Assembly: GCF_006345805.1 (NCBI RefSeq)
Contig: NC_043003.1
Location: 36,270,001-36,334,000, forward strand
Reading direction: 5' to 3'
Length of the DNA: 64,000 nucleotides
Source of the DNA: Octopus sinensis
Taxonomy: Eukaryota
Shown piece by piece: positions 14,430 through 28,471 of this stretch. The notes beneath the pieces were generated by a model that ran no database searches, was not told the DNA's origin, and was given only the letters and a program-made list of their open reading frames with translations. The translations under genes and the position numbers were made by a program. Each line of letters begins with the position of its first letter. The stretch's first letter is position 1.

Positions 14430-15230
14430 CTTTATAACTTTATGTAGTGAACTCGCCTTCAGCTCCGATGGCTGGACAACTTCAAGGCCGGACAGGGATT
14501 TTTGATATGCCCGAAAAAACATTCCTTATTCATTACAGATTTATTTCGGTGAGCAGTGATATACAGTGAAGCTATGGTATTCCGAGTATGTCGATTAGCC
14601 TTGCTTTCATCAACGCCACAAGCAGAGTAGTCCATAAGAAGTAAATCTGGCAAGTTTGAAAGCCACGCATTTGATGTTACATGATCTAAAACATTTTCGG
14701 ATATCCATCATTGGGATATGCTTTTTTTTTGGGAGAGTGTGCTGAGTCTTGCTGAAACACGTATGGCCTTCAACTCTCTATTCAGGGATTAACAATTGTC
14801 TCCGGTTCCTCCCCTTATCCCGAAGCCTTAATTCTAAACTACCGTGGAAAGATGCCATTCGTTACTTACCACTTCTAAAACAGAATTCTTGGAACATTAG
14901 TGTACATCACTCTGGAGGCATCCGAAAGATCTACAGAAAATTATTTATAGTTACTTCTTATAAAATTTTGGTCTCTTCCGCAGTTTTCTTATAAGGGAAT
15001 ATCCAAAGCTTACCATATTTCTAAGGGTTTTTAAATTGGTTACATCGCAGTTTTGCACAGATTAAAAGCTTTCTTCTGTCATTGCAGGTACAAATTACAC
15101 CGTGTCGTCAATGTTTTAGTGCATCACAATTCTGACAGCCAATTCCTGCACTTGAAGATTCTTGGTGATGAAAAGCATCGTTTTCCGATATCACAATCAA
15201 TAATGTTTACAATCCATTGGACCTAATATA
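14430..15230 (-). mobile_element. Degenerate Tc1/mariner-superfamily transposase (maT/DD37D-like)
   Basis: Minus-strand PYVFQQDSAHSP (second catalytic D motif) and WLSNLPDLLLMDYSACGV (resembles WPxxSPDLNPxDY). Boundaries approximate. Confidence 0.6.
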
Positions 15231-15521
15231 GTGTCTGCAACATTAAAAAGTTTCATTCTTTGTAATACAATTGAAAATTTTCTACCAAAGGCTTTCAATT
15301 CCTTCCGCAATTTGTTTACAAAGAACTTGCACCATTTAGAAAGTTGGTAATATATAAATCAGCATGTCAACAATAATAACGTATCCCTTCAATTCTTATG
15401 CTAGCTTTTTATCTTCCTTGATTTATCGGAAAGAAAAAATATTTTAATTCGTTTAGAAAGAGTAATATACAGATAATTGAAAGTCCTCAAGTATCCGTTG
15501 TACTCGTTATACACCCACACG

Positions 15522-15561
<40 letters not shown>

Positions 15562-16024
15562 TATAGGTAATAGCTGGACATGACTTGGATAAAATTATTT
15601 GTTCAGCGCTTTCACATCTTTTGAATGATTCATCAATGACATATTTATCAACACATGAGGAATCCTTACAGAAAAATTAGTCTCCCAGATGAACTAAATC
15701 CAATTACCACTGAAGAATATACTTTATAAGGTTCTCATAACATTTAGTAATATAGGTGGAAAAACTCACTTATGCAATCAACACCCATCACACACACATT
15801 CTAAAAAAATGCATGTTTAAACAGACACAAACACACACACACACATTTAAACACCATTAATATGTGAAATGAGTATATCCAAAAGTGTTACACCGCTATA
15901 TTTAGCGGCAATTTAAAAAATCAGTTCGTGGATGGTTAATGGTATGGTTAATGTAGAAGGAGCAAGATATCCTGAAATTACCTATTACCACATTACCTAT
16001 TTTTTCCCCTTTCGATTGCTTTCT

Positions 16025-16085
16025 TTTATTATTTTATTCTTTTACTTGTTTCAATCATTGGATTGCGGGCATGCTGGAGCACCCC
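16025..16085 (-). mobile_element. SINE family B 3' tail fragment
   Basis: Reverse complement reads GGTGCTCCAGCATGCCCGCAATCC...TTGAAACAAGTAAAAGAATAAAA. Confidence 0.65.
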
Positions 16086-16177
16086 ATTCATTAATGTTAA
16101 GCCCGTTGTTTACATTAGACACATTCGGATTACCTCAAAAAGTGATATATCTATATCTATATCTCTATATATATACA

Positions 16178-16234
<57 letters not shown>

Positions 16235-17375
16235 GTTCACATTAAGAGTAGGGATCTGTTCCGTTTGAATAAAGTACGTTATCACCATTGCGTCCATCTA
16301 TACCCAATAAAATTTACTGACACTCTATATGGCGCATGTAATCTAATCTACGGAACATGAACAAGCAGTTACATTTCATGAATTAAAAGGTACTGGGTCT
16401 TTCCTCCTACATCTGTCCTTATTTTGCGAGGAACAATTTCTAAAACTTGCTTTAAAGCAACGCTGTAAAGGTTGAAATTGACCAGAGTCAACAGGCAGGG
16501 AGACAATATTTTCAGGGAATAATTTCTTTATTTAAAAACAAAAGGAACATATTAAGCATGATCTTCGTTGAAGTTTGAAATGAACCCTTCTTGTGGTTTT
16601 ATTTCTTTGAGATTTTTCACTGCAACAACTGCTGTTTCTCACCGGTTTGTAGTCATAGTCACAACAATATTTGGCTGCATTACACTGAAGAGGAAAGCCA
16701 CGTAATCGTCAACTCCCTCACTGTATTCAAGTCATATGTTAAGATGCAGCTGCCTTCGATCATATGTCAGGGCCGGGAAAAAATAACTTAGCAACTATGC
16801 ATAGTTAACACTTTTGTGACAATTTATTTGCAAATCTAATGGAATTACAATCGTGAAAGTGAAGTAATGAATTATTGACGACGATCGTACAGTTAAAATC
16901 ACGAAAACATTTCCACTTTTTAGGTGGACATTTTTTCTCTTTTCCGACTTTTTGATAGATACGATGGGCATGCACCTTGAATGCCCATTATATTGAACCG
17001 ACGGGTAACAGCCCATGAATGGTACGTGCTACATAAATGGTGTTAGGTGCCTGTAAAATTTTAGCAAAAAGTTCGTGTGCCGTTACGATGGTCTCGGTAG
17101 TACAACTGTCGAGCTTCATACAAAATTTGATATATTATAGCGATTCGAATTTTTCATACAACTTATCTAATAATAGCTTTGAAATATGTCACGTAATTAT
17201 TGATCAAGGTTAGAAAGCAGGAGACCAATTTCCTGACAGTCATTTCGAGTAACAATCTTGGTAACAGCGTTTCTTATGAACAGTAAAATACTAGCATGTG
17301 TGTGTTTGTATATTATATGCCTATGTATGTACGTATGTATGTATGTATGCATCTATATACGCATGATTGTATATG

Positions 17376-17411
<36 letters not shown>

Positions 17412-17460
17412 TACAGGTATGTATAAGCATGTATGTATATGCATGTATGTATAAGTATAT

Positions 17461-17820
17461 GTGGCTGTGTGGTAAGAAGCTTGCAGCCACATGGTTCTGG
17501 GTTCAATCCCACAGCGAGTTCCACTATAGCCTCGGGCCACCAAAGACTTGTGAGTGAATTTGATTAACGGAAACTGGAAGAAGACCGTCGTATACATATA
17601 TGTGTATATATTTATGTGTGTGAGCGTGTGTGTCTGTATTTGTCCCGATATTGGTGTGTTTACATTCCCGTAACTTAACGTTTCGGCAAAAGTGTACAAT
17701 AGAATAAGTACAAGGCTTACAAGGTATAAGTCTTGGATCCGATTTGTTGAACTAACGGCGGTGCTCCAGCATGGCCGGAGTCAAATGATTGAAACACGTA
17801 AAAGAATAAAAGATAAAAGA
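17461..17820 (+). mobile_element. tRNA-derived SINE family B
   Basis: Head, internal microsatellite and GGCGGTGCTCCAGCATGGCC tail are colinear with the copy at 13662-14090. Confidence 0.8.
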
Positions 17821-18256
17821 ATATATATATATATATAAAGGTATGTATGTACATATATTCATGTGAATATATATATAAAGGTATATATAGGTATCTATAC
17901 TACTATTGATATATATATAAATATATATATATATATTGATGCATGTATATTTACAGTCCCATGCATGTACTCATGTATGAACGCGTATTGGATTGTGTGT
18001 GCCATTGTTCAGAAGTGAAGGCAGAGAAAATTAAATAAACACATGTGAAAATATAAGTCATCTTGATATAACCAACTGCAGTAGCATGTGTACGTGTGTG
18101 TGTTTGTGTGTGTGTGCGATTGAGTGTGTTTGTGTCTCTCTGTGTGTGTATGTGTGTGTGCATGTGCCTCTGTATGTGTGTGTGTTGTGTCTGTGTGCGT
18201 GTGCCTGATGCGCACGTGTATCAATTTCTCTTTTTCCTCTGTGTGACTCATTCAAT

Positions 18257-18309
<53 letters not shown>

Positions 18310-19959
18310 TAGATAGATAGATAGATATAAATATATACATACATGCATACGTACGTATATGCATATGTGTGTGTACATATTTTCACAGATACAGATATAT
18401 GCATAGTTGAGTATATTTATTCGTACGTTTGTGCGCATGGCGTGTTGAAATTAATGCGAATATTTTTCTCTGCATGTTGTTTTGTGCGTGCATGAACGCC
18501 ATACTCGTTGATTATAGTGTTTTACGGGATGTTGGGAGTTAGCTGCAAGCGGACACTAATGAACTAAATTCATCTATCTAACAAATTGTCTAATAAGCAC
18601 TGTTCACATATGAAGGATGAAAAAAAAATGTCTCATTTTTACTGGCAAAGATTAATTCGATTCACCTAAAGAAATGTCCCTCACAAAAGTTGTTTTGATG
18701 ACCGAGTAAAAGTGTTCTTGTTTTCCTCGTAATCATTAGGATATATAAAGCTGTTATAGTGTTGGCCACTAAAGATGAAAGCTGATATGATTAAGGGATC
18801 GGGAACACATCAAAAGATACCGATTCCAGGGTTAAGTATGGATAAGAAATTTTCTTAAAATGTCGATAAATTATCGATATGGCATGGCTAATTGATGGTG
18901 GCAAATTTGCGACACTTGCACATCAATGAAAATCAGCAATTTTCTTTTCTTGTAATGTTCATTATATTGTTCGGTGGCTTGTACACACTAATCATACGCC
19001 TTGCGGTAAGACAGAGACTAATATGCTTTGAATAGTTGCGGTATTGTAGCACTCTTTGCTTTACTTTAACATTATACTTTAAGAATATTTGCTGTACGAT
19101 AACAATCAACTTGTTTATTTCGTGGCATATAAGGATACCATAACACCACGTTACTGAGTGACATACAACGAATACCAATAGAAAACTGGTATCATTCCAG
19201 CTGACTGTACACCACTTTAGTGTATTTCGAGAGTATTTAATTAAAAGCTGCCGTTATTTGTTTTGCTTGACTTGTGTATTTGATGGAAGTAAGAATATTA
19301 TTTTGCCACTTGATCTTTTAGAATTGTAAATTAATGAAAATGTGAATGATGGTAAAGTACTATAGATAGTACATAGTGATTCAACGGGCTGCTCGCACTT
19401 TGAAAATAAAAAAAAAAAGACCGAAGACCTCTGTAGAACGCAGACAGCACGTTAAAGATTATATGACACAGACTGAAGCAGAAATAAATATGACGTTTGA
19501 GAGGAAACATCTGGAGGAACAAAACTTAAAAGTGGAAATTATTCTCTAAGAATAGACAAAATCAATTGTAATAACAATTGAAACTTTGAGTTTGGACACT
19601 TCTAAACAATAATTTATGATAACAGCAGAACGAAAATCATTCTCCTCTCGTGTACATATATGTTAGTAAATTTGAACCGTTCTAAATAACTAGAATTATC
19701 TTAAACATGTCGAACTCACGGTATTCTGTTTCATAATTCGATGAATTTTAAGAGTGATTATAGTTCAACAGGAATGAAATAACAGAATATCTTAACAAAT
19801 CCACTAGGGATAAATATCACAAATGCAACAAAATAGAAAGATCACGCACTCGGAGATAATAATTGACCCTGATTTTATTTTTAACACGTTACAGAAATCT
19901 GTCTTCTGTTAGATGATATTATAGGTAACAACAAAAGCTAGTGCGATATGTTATAACCA

Positions 19960-20600
19960 GGAGTAGCTGCCGGGTAAGAAGTTTGTATCCAATTGAATTG
20001 ATATGGTTCCGAGTTCAGTACAACCGCGTGGAATATTTGGTAAATGTCTTCTGAGTGTAATTCGTAGATAGAAACTAAAAGAATACTTATTTCTTTACTA
20101 CCCACAAGGGGCTAAAAACAGAGAGGACAAACAAGGACAGACAAAGGGATTAAGTCGATTATATCAACCCCAGTACGTAACTGGTACTTATTTGATCGAC
20201 CCCGATAGGATGAAAGGCAAAGTCGACCTAAAAGTCGAAACTAAAAAAATACCGCATATATATATATATATATACATATATATGCGGAATTCATATATAT
20301 ATATATATATATATAGATACATATATATATGTATGTCTCTATATGAAGTGGGGGTTGCACTTGTGAATGTGTCTTCGTGTCTGTGCTTGATCCCCGCCGC
20401 CGCTTGACAACCGGTGTTGGTGTGTTTTCGTCCCCATATCTTAGTGTTTGGGCAAAAGAGACGGAAAGAATAAATGCCAGGTTTTAAAATGATAAATAAA
20501 TATTGGGTTCCATTCGTTCCACAAACATTTCTTAAGGCTGCGCCCCAGCATGGCAGTAGTCTTATAACAGAAATAATTACAAAAAGAAAGATAAAAAGAA
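19960..20600. mobile_element. Nested SINE debris: family B head (+), family A fragment (-, 20088-20230) and family B tail (+, about 20390-20600)
   Basis: Homologous to the SINE copies elsewhere in the window. Confidence 0.6.
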
Positions 20601-22584
20601 TTATTTAAACAAGCCAGTGATATTGGTAACACGAACCATATATTCTCTAATTGTTTTCAGTGTCCATGTAGTTACGAACTGAGAGAGACACGATCTTACC
20701 GTCGTTAACTCGCCACCTGGATATGTCTTCTGTAGAATGAGAGAGCTACGCTTGCATTCAGATGGCACAAATAACAACCTAATAAACGGAAGACTTTAGC
20801 TATGTACCATGGAATTCAGTTACTGGGAAAACTACGATGGTAAGCAGAATACCCTAACCACTAGATCAGAAGCCTTCACACTTTCAGTACCAACATTTTT
20901 AGATGAAGAATCAAGAAAACTTCTACGTGGTTGCTTTACCCCTTAGACACAATTATACCCTTAAAATAACTGAAGACACGAGACAAAAATAAATTATCAA
21001 AGTTTGGAACGTTTCTCCTCATAGATTGATGCCATCAAGTTTGGTAATAACACTGACTTTGTTTAAGTTGAACATTTGTTTTAAGACCTCCAATTTGTTT
21101 TGAAAACAATGTTTACTTTTGCGTATTTCCGTGTGTATGTTAGGTGTCTGTGTGTTTTTAGACACATGTCTGCATGTATACATTATTGTTGTGATATGTC
21201 CTAGAATATTGTCTTTGGAAGAAAGCTTTTTACGGCGGAATTAGATGTACAGTTGATGTTTGACGAATATCATAACATGCCGTTTTAGGAAATAATTGTA
21301 TAATATAAATCAACATAGATATACACGGGTTATATAAATGACATTGCAAATTAATCTCGTGCTAATTGTAGACACATTAATAACATATAGCATAGCTTCA
21401 TTTCCCCAAGACAACAAGTCGAGCACCTGACATTATTTCCTAATATTTTTACATGAATATTACAAAACTTAACATGGCTACAGTAAGAGGGAGGGGTGCG
21501 GGGGAGGGAGAGTGAGAGTGGGATGGGAGAAGTAGGAGGGGAGGAAGAGGAGGAGGAAAGGAAGAGGAGGAGGGGAGGAAGAAAACTAGGAGGGGAACGA
21601 CGACGACGACGAGGAGTAGGGAAGGTGAGGACAAGTCTGAGGAAGAGGGAGAAGAAGAAGAACAACAACAACAATAACAACGACAACAATAACAGCAAGA
21701 AGAGTAAGAACAAGAACAAGGAGTATATACGTGAGTCTCTAAAGAAACTGGCAACATTGATGTGTCTGTGACCGGGTGAACAGTTGTAAATGGATGATGC
21801 GCCATATCAGAACTGGATATTAATTGGTTGTCTCCAGTATATTTCCTAGCTAGATTGATTCAGTGTGAAGTATATGAATGGACACGTTAAAAAATCTTAC
21901 GAAGTTCAATAGTGGCAAAATGGCTGAAATAAACATCGGACTTGCTGTGCTCGCAGCGTGAGCAGCAAAAGCTTCTTACCCCTTATATTATCCCACGAAG
22001 ACCCCGTTTATTACAAATATAACGGACGTTAATCGTAAAATCAAACACCCATTTTACAGTGAATTAAATAATATTCTTTCTAATATAGATACAAGTCCTA
22101 ATAAATTACATAGAATATAATTCATTTAACTGTGATAAATTTTTTTGAATCTCAAAAAAAGAAGTATGCCACACAAAAGTTCTGATTATAAGAACCTAAC
22201 GGGAACAACAGGACTTTAATATACATCTGTGTGTACAGTGGATTCTGATCTACACTTGAGTTATTTTGGCAAACCAAATTTGTGTAACTGGCGTCACCTA
22301 CCTAATCTCATTTGGCACTCCATATCTTCACATCCTCTCGTTCCCTCCCTCACACAAATTGTAACAACCACTCCTTGCTACCCTAAATAAATAACAGTGT
22401 GTAACAAATTTTAATTTTTTTCTTTTTTGTCTTTGGTCAATACGTGTTATTTCCCATTTGCTTCTATCTAGAAATCTACTATTCCTTTGAAATTTTGCTT
22501 CCGTTATCTGAACGTAAATCTTTTGAACCTGACCAATATTCCATTACGTTTCTGACAGATTCAGTGCTGATTTGCTGAAGCAAA

Positions 22585-22765
22585 AATATCATTATAGCAA
22601 ATATTATGCTTGATACCACAGATTTACTTGCCAGTTGCTTGACCATAACCCTTGAACATGCCGCTTAGTGGCTGATAATATGTGCATCGCTGATCATTAC
22701 AAGGAGTAACGGGGGAACAACATAGCCATATATTGAGAGGGATTCTTTAGGGTTTCCATAAATGT
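22585..22765 (-). mobile_element. Fragment of the (TAA)n-associated repeat X (see 41508-42062)
   Basis: Reverse complement AATCCCTCTCAA...GATGCACATATTATCAGCCACTAAG...GTTATGGTCAAGCAACTG aligns by eye to about 41810-41960. Confidence 0.7.
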
Positions 22766-23758
22766 AACAAGAGCAAAAACTGAAGAAAATGATAGCCTGT
22801 TTTCATACTTTGTAGGGGTAAGCGAATAGGAAAAACAGTTACTGCCCAAGGATAAAAATCATTTTACACACTGTGGGCTCTGGCATCCCATCTTTCTCCA
22901 TATTTTTACCTGTATCTGCTCAAACAAAATTGGCTGTGTCAATGTCAATACACTAGAGGGTCTGCAAATGTCATGGCAAATCTTCTTATTTATGGTGAAA
23001 CTAGGAGAAATTCTTGAAAAAGTTATCTTCATTTCTCTTTCATTTATTGTAATATAAGCGTTTTGTGGACCAGAAACTGAACCCGGTACCACAAGTCGAC
23101 AAGTCAAATACATAGTGCAACCGCACTCAACACTGCTAATATATGATATATGTATTATAATTACTAGTTAGATCGGCTAGGGAATCGTGTATACCAACAA
23201 TTGTTTTTACTTCTAACCATTCTTCTTTGCTAATTGAGTTCTCAATAAGAAATATAGGTCATTGTTAATTTTCTGCCTGAGATGAAGGAATGAAATTGTA
23301 CACCCAATAGGTTCATGATATAGAAATAATATAGTAATTTCAAATATAGTTATGTAGGTTAGTCAAGCCCTCCACTAGTTCAGCTATTAACGTCATAAAA
23401 ATTCACAAAATAAAATTATTTTGAAGTGGCATATCAGAAACACTTCGGGTAGCAGTAGTTTAATCTAGACAACATTGAAAATTTAATCTTTCTAGAATGT
23501 TAATATTATTCTTTCATTTCATAAAAGCTAAGGAAAATAATGATTGTTACTGAAAATTAATTTCCTTGCTAACAGATTTTAAAAAAATATATTTTAAATG
23601 TCTGTAATAACTGTATTAAATGTGCATTACTAATTTATACATTATACAATATCAATTTATATATAGTATGTGTATAGCTGTGCATTTCTGAACGATTATA
23701 TGTGTGTATGTGTGTGTGTTTGTGTGTGTGTGTGCGTATATTCATATACAATAAATTC

Positions 23759-23798
<40 letters not shown>

Positions 23799-24031
23799 GA
23801 TAACTATTATATGCAATTATAAATACACTTTTATACCTACACATGAACATAAGCACATGCGTACACACTCATATGCACTTAAGTATGTGCATATTAATGA
23901 ACACACAGACGCATACACATACATAAAAACATATATATCAGCATGGTAATTGTGCATCGTATATGTGTGTGGGCATATAAAACTATATACATGTGTGCAT
24001 ATATAGATTTTATATATATTTATGCACACAG

Positions 24032-24085
<54 letters not shown>

Positions 24086-24552
24086 CCACACATATATGAG
24101 TGTGTGTATGTATGTATGTATATATATATGTGTGTATTTGTGTGTATATGTGTGTCAGAGAAAGAGGGAGAGAGAAAAAGAGAGAAAGAATGAGTAACAC
24201 GTTCATAATCAAATAATACGGAATTTGGATAAAAATCAATAAAAATACATCAGTCAGAAATGAAATTCATCAATAAAAACTATATTACTTTCGGTAAAAG
24301 ACTATATTTTTTGTATATATGTATTTCTTGTGGTTTTCTACTGATTTCAGTGTCGTTCTAAATAAATATTTATTAATTGCAAGAGCTTATGCAACTCACA
24401 TTGTTTTTATTCGAGAAATATGTAAAATATACATTTGTAAGAATATTTCGTAATAAAAGAGAACTTATTTTTCTATTCTGCATTCTGTCACGCGGTATTT
24501 CACTCAAGTAAATGCATATGTACGTAAAATTGCTTAAATAATTTTCTTTGGT

Positions 24553-24599
<47 letters not shown>

Positions 24600-24610
<11 letters not shown>

Positions 24611-24751
24611 TATATATGTATGTATGTATATATACATACATACGTATATGTACATATATATACAGACATATGCATATATATACATGTATATATTTATCTA
24701 TATAGATGTGTGTGTGTGTAAATTATATACAAATATGTACGTATGTATCCA

Positions 24752-24803
<52 letters not shown>

Positions 24804-24959
24804 ATATACACATATATATATATATGTATGTATGTATATATACATACATACGTATATGTACATATATATACAGACATATGCATATATATACATGTATATA
24901 TTTATCTATATAGATGTGTGTGTGTGTAAATTATATACAAATATGTACGTATGTATCCA

Positions 24960-25008
<49 letters not shown>
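24600..25008. repeat. Tandem duplication (period about 208 bp) of a compound microsatellite block
   Basis: TACAGACATATGCATATATATACATG... occurs at 24661 and again at 24869. Confidence 0.85.
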
Positions 25009-25011
<3 letters not shown>

Positions 25012-26911
25012 AAACTCTTCTTTCGAGACTTCTGTGACGTAACCGTTGTTGACCCTCTCTGACAAGAGGGACACCCGTAGATGTAATCATGCCCTTACTA
25101 TCAAAAAGGTGATCATCATGAACATCCCAGTGGACTTGCTTGACGAGGTGTTTTCTTGTCTGAAGAGATGAGGATGCTTCCGTTAGATATTCTATCTCTT
25201 GGGCCCTGAATCATAACAGTATTTTCAGATTTCATCTCGTTAATCTGCAATAAACAGTTGGCAGGCCAGCTTATTACTAAAATTACAATAATCTCGGGTA
25301 TTTATAACAGCCATTCCCCCCCAAAAGTCTCAAAATATAAGGATATATTTCTTGCTGGATAGTAATATTATTTTTATTAATATTTATATTTCTTGCATAT
25401 CTTCTCACTGATCTTAGTTCCGATTTTGAACTTGGATTTCGGCCCTGTAAACAAACAGAGATGTAGTAAATATTTTAAAATTTGATTTGTTCGTCAGTGG
25501 TAGATTCAAATGAAGATAACCAATAGGATTCACGCTCACGCACGTGAACTGAAAAGTTTAAAACTGAAGTTTTGAATGATCCTTCATTCCTCTAATGGTC
25601 TCCGTAGAGGTAAGGCAGATTTTTCCTATATCCGCGCTCGCAAATATCTCTGCCTGTAAAGATTCAGTGAAGCTCCACATAGCGCCAATAGCTTACCGGC
25701 TGTTATTTCTAGCAATGACTTCGTGTACATCCAATTTCTGTATTCATAATTTTATCTTTCATGGTGCTTTATACTTCCTGGATAGATATATTATTTTTAA
25801 TAATATTTGTATCTCTTGTATGCATGTATATATATATATATATATATATATCATCGTAATCACCGTGAGCGACCAGGCTATCAGATGCTGCTACACATCG
25901 CTGGTCACAACGCGCTTCGCATTGTTTTAGCCTTCAAATGACACCACCCCGCTGGCTAAGTGACCGGGTCAACAGAAGAAAGAGTGAGAGAAAGTTGTGG
26001 CGAAAGAGTACAGTCGGCATATTCTCTATTGGAAAGACATCTTGAAGTAAAACTGAATAATGACATGCATATGACTACATGTATATATAATTGTTTGTAA
26101 CTCCAAGCGCTGGTTCCTAGCCTCCAGGTTTTCAAATTTTGCTTTTCCCGTCGTCTGACCTTATATTTAGTGTGATAACAGTAGATGCGAAGTTTAAATA
26201 AACGTTTGTAAGATATCAAGTGTAACAATCTTGAATAAGCTTGAATAAAACCTCCCATTTTTTTACCGTAACCTGTTATGCATATACTTGAGGAAAAATT
26301 TATTTTCTTAAATTAAAAATAAATATGAATGGTAATGGAATGTTAATGCAGATATGAATTGTGAATCAAACGATCGCATTTGCAGCATTACTTTCAGTGA
26401 AGTGAGAATATATCGACCAAACTGGATGAAAATTATTACATCAATTTGGAGTCCTTAAGCAACAAGCTCTTTAGAATGTTCCATATAGTCACCATTTAGA
26501 CATGTGTGCAAATGGAAACTTCAAAATGTTTCCTTTTTTTTTCGAAATAAAACTAGAAAGTTATTAACCACGAAAGGCAAAAGAAGAATATTTTATAACA
26601 ATTATTTTTCCAAACTGTACCGGAAACTTTCAATACCTCTATTAAAATAACTTCCTCTATTATGATTAAACCATTATACGTGTGTTTGAAAAACTATTAT
26701 GAGCGAATATGCTTACATACAATAAGAAAATATCTTTTCAAAATGTTCCTCTCATTCTGAGTACTTTCAAAAACTTGTTTCTTTATTTCAGTTTACGTCA
26801 CAGTTTTAAATCTAATGAAACATTCTTCAGATGCTGCAACTCTAATAATAATTATTTGCAAAATCGACTTTTAATTATGTGCGTATAAGTGTACGTGCAG
26901 GTGTATATATA

Positions 26912-26970
<59 letters not shown>

Positions 26971-27110
26971 TGTGCGCGTGTGTGTGTGTGTGCGAGCGCA
27001 ATGCAAGTTTGGAATGGAGACTATTTCAGTGCATTCCTTAAAAAGTGTACTTTATGAGGTGCATTGGTGAAGAACCTCCACCTATTTATGACTGACATAT
27101 ATTTGTATAT

Positions 27111-27186
<76 letters not shown>

Positions 27187-27353
27187 TTGTATCTATGCTT
27201 GTATCTATGCATTATATATGTATTTATGTATGTGTATGTATGCATGTATGTATGTATGTATTATGTATGTGAGGACACCTTAAAGCATTGTAGAAATCTT
27301 ACCTGATATCACTATAGACAGTACAAACAAGAACCTTTTATGCGTTGACGAAT

Positions 27354-27800
27354 ATAGGGTGGGGCAAAGCGAACGGGCCTTTTTTGAAAATTTCACAAAA
27401 TTATTAATTTTAGCTACATACAAATTTTATTGTCATCAATGTCTTTGTATTGTATAAGTTTTATCAAAATTAAGTGTGGAAAACAACATCCATCATGTGT
27501 TTTCCGTTTTCACTGATGCATTTCTGAAGGCGTTCTTGGAAGTTGGTCCCCATACTCTCCAAAATTGCTCTGTGCATAGTTCCATGGTTTCAACTGTTGC
27601 CTGATGAACAATTTTTACGGGTGAAAATGCAGATCATCATGCAAAATACGCCTTACAGATCGATTACCGATGCCAATGTTCAGTAGAATGCTTTCTAGCA
27701 GAGCGATTCTGACTCCGTATCACAGCTTGTCTGACGTGTAACTGTCGTAGGCAAACACGCGATGCCACTCTCGTCCACAGCGCCCTGGCATCACCTGAAA
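27354..27800 (-). mobile_element. Internally deleted IS630-Tc1-mariner element
   Basis: Minus-strand peptides HRVFAYDSY (N-terminus), RSARKH...IGNRSVRRILHDDLHFHP*KLFIRQQLKP (helix-turn-helix region) and NFQERLQKCISENGKHMMDVVF (C-terminus). TIR-like TA(T)AGGGTGGGGCAAAGCGAACGGGCC at 27354. Confidence 0.7.
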
Positions 27801-28401
27801 AGTAAAATGAATGCTAAGACACCACGGACGGAATGGTACCTGTCGAACATATGTCCCTCCCCCTGGGACTAAGTAATAGCCATTTCAGAACCGTCCATTC
27901 TCTCTCACCGACCAGCAAATAATTTTGTTCGCTGAAAGCAAAAGAAACTCGTTGGATTGGCTAGTCTCAAAGATCTGTGGACGATGCAAAACATATTGAA
28001 AGACCAGTTTCGCAGAATGCCGTGCGCCAATGAGATCAGTGGGTTAATCATCCTATTGACTAAGATGTAGGCTATATTTCCTAAAAGCGTACACTACTAC
28101 GTCCAGCTTATCCAACATATTTTGTGCCCCGAACCGGTTAGACATGTTGCGAATAAATATGCAGCCATCATAGAATATATACTCTCTCAGAATTAAATAA
28201 CGTTGATAATTTGTGATTCCTCGATATTTTCTATAATTCATTATGCTGATTTCGCATATCTGATGCTGTCGATATATATTCGAGTACATCAGTCTTAATC
28301 TGAGCCTATTAGATTTATTTACCTCTAAACACACGTGCAATATTGTGGTGTCTGTCTTAATCAGTTGAATCAGAACGCATTCATTTCGGACATAGTTTTT
28401 C

Positions 28402-28471
28402 ATCTTACAGAACCTGGAAGGATTATAAGCGAAGTCAACTTCGCTTATAATCCTTCCAGGTTCTGTAAGAT
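28402..28471. repeat. Perfect 34-bp inverted repeat with a 2-nt loop
   Basis: ATCTTACAGAACCTGGAAGGATTATAAGCGAAGT-CA-ACTTCGCTTATAATCCTTCCAGGTTCTGTAAGAT; the arms are exact reverse complements. Confidence 0.95.

Noticed and set aside
21351-21805. 91-122-aa ORFs over a GA/AAC-rich tract
   Set aside because: Low-complexity simple repeats; open frames on both strands are expected.
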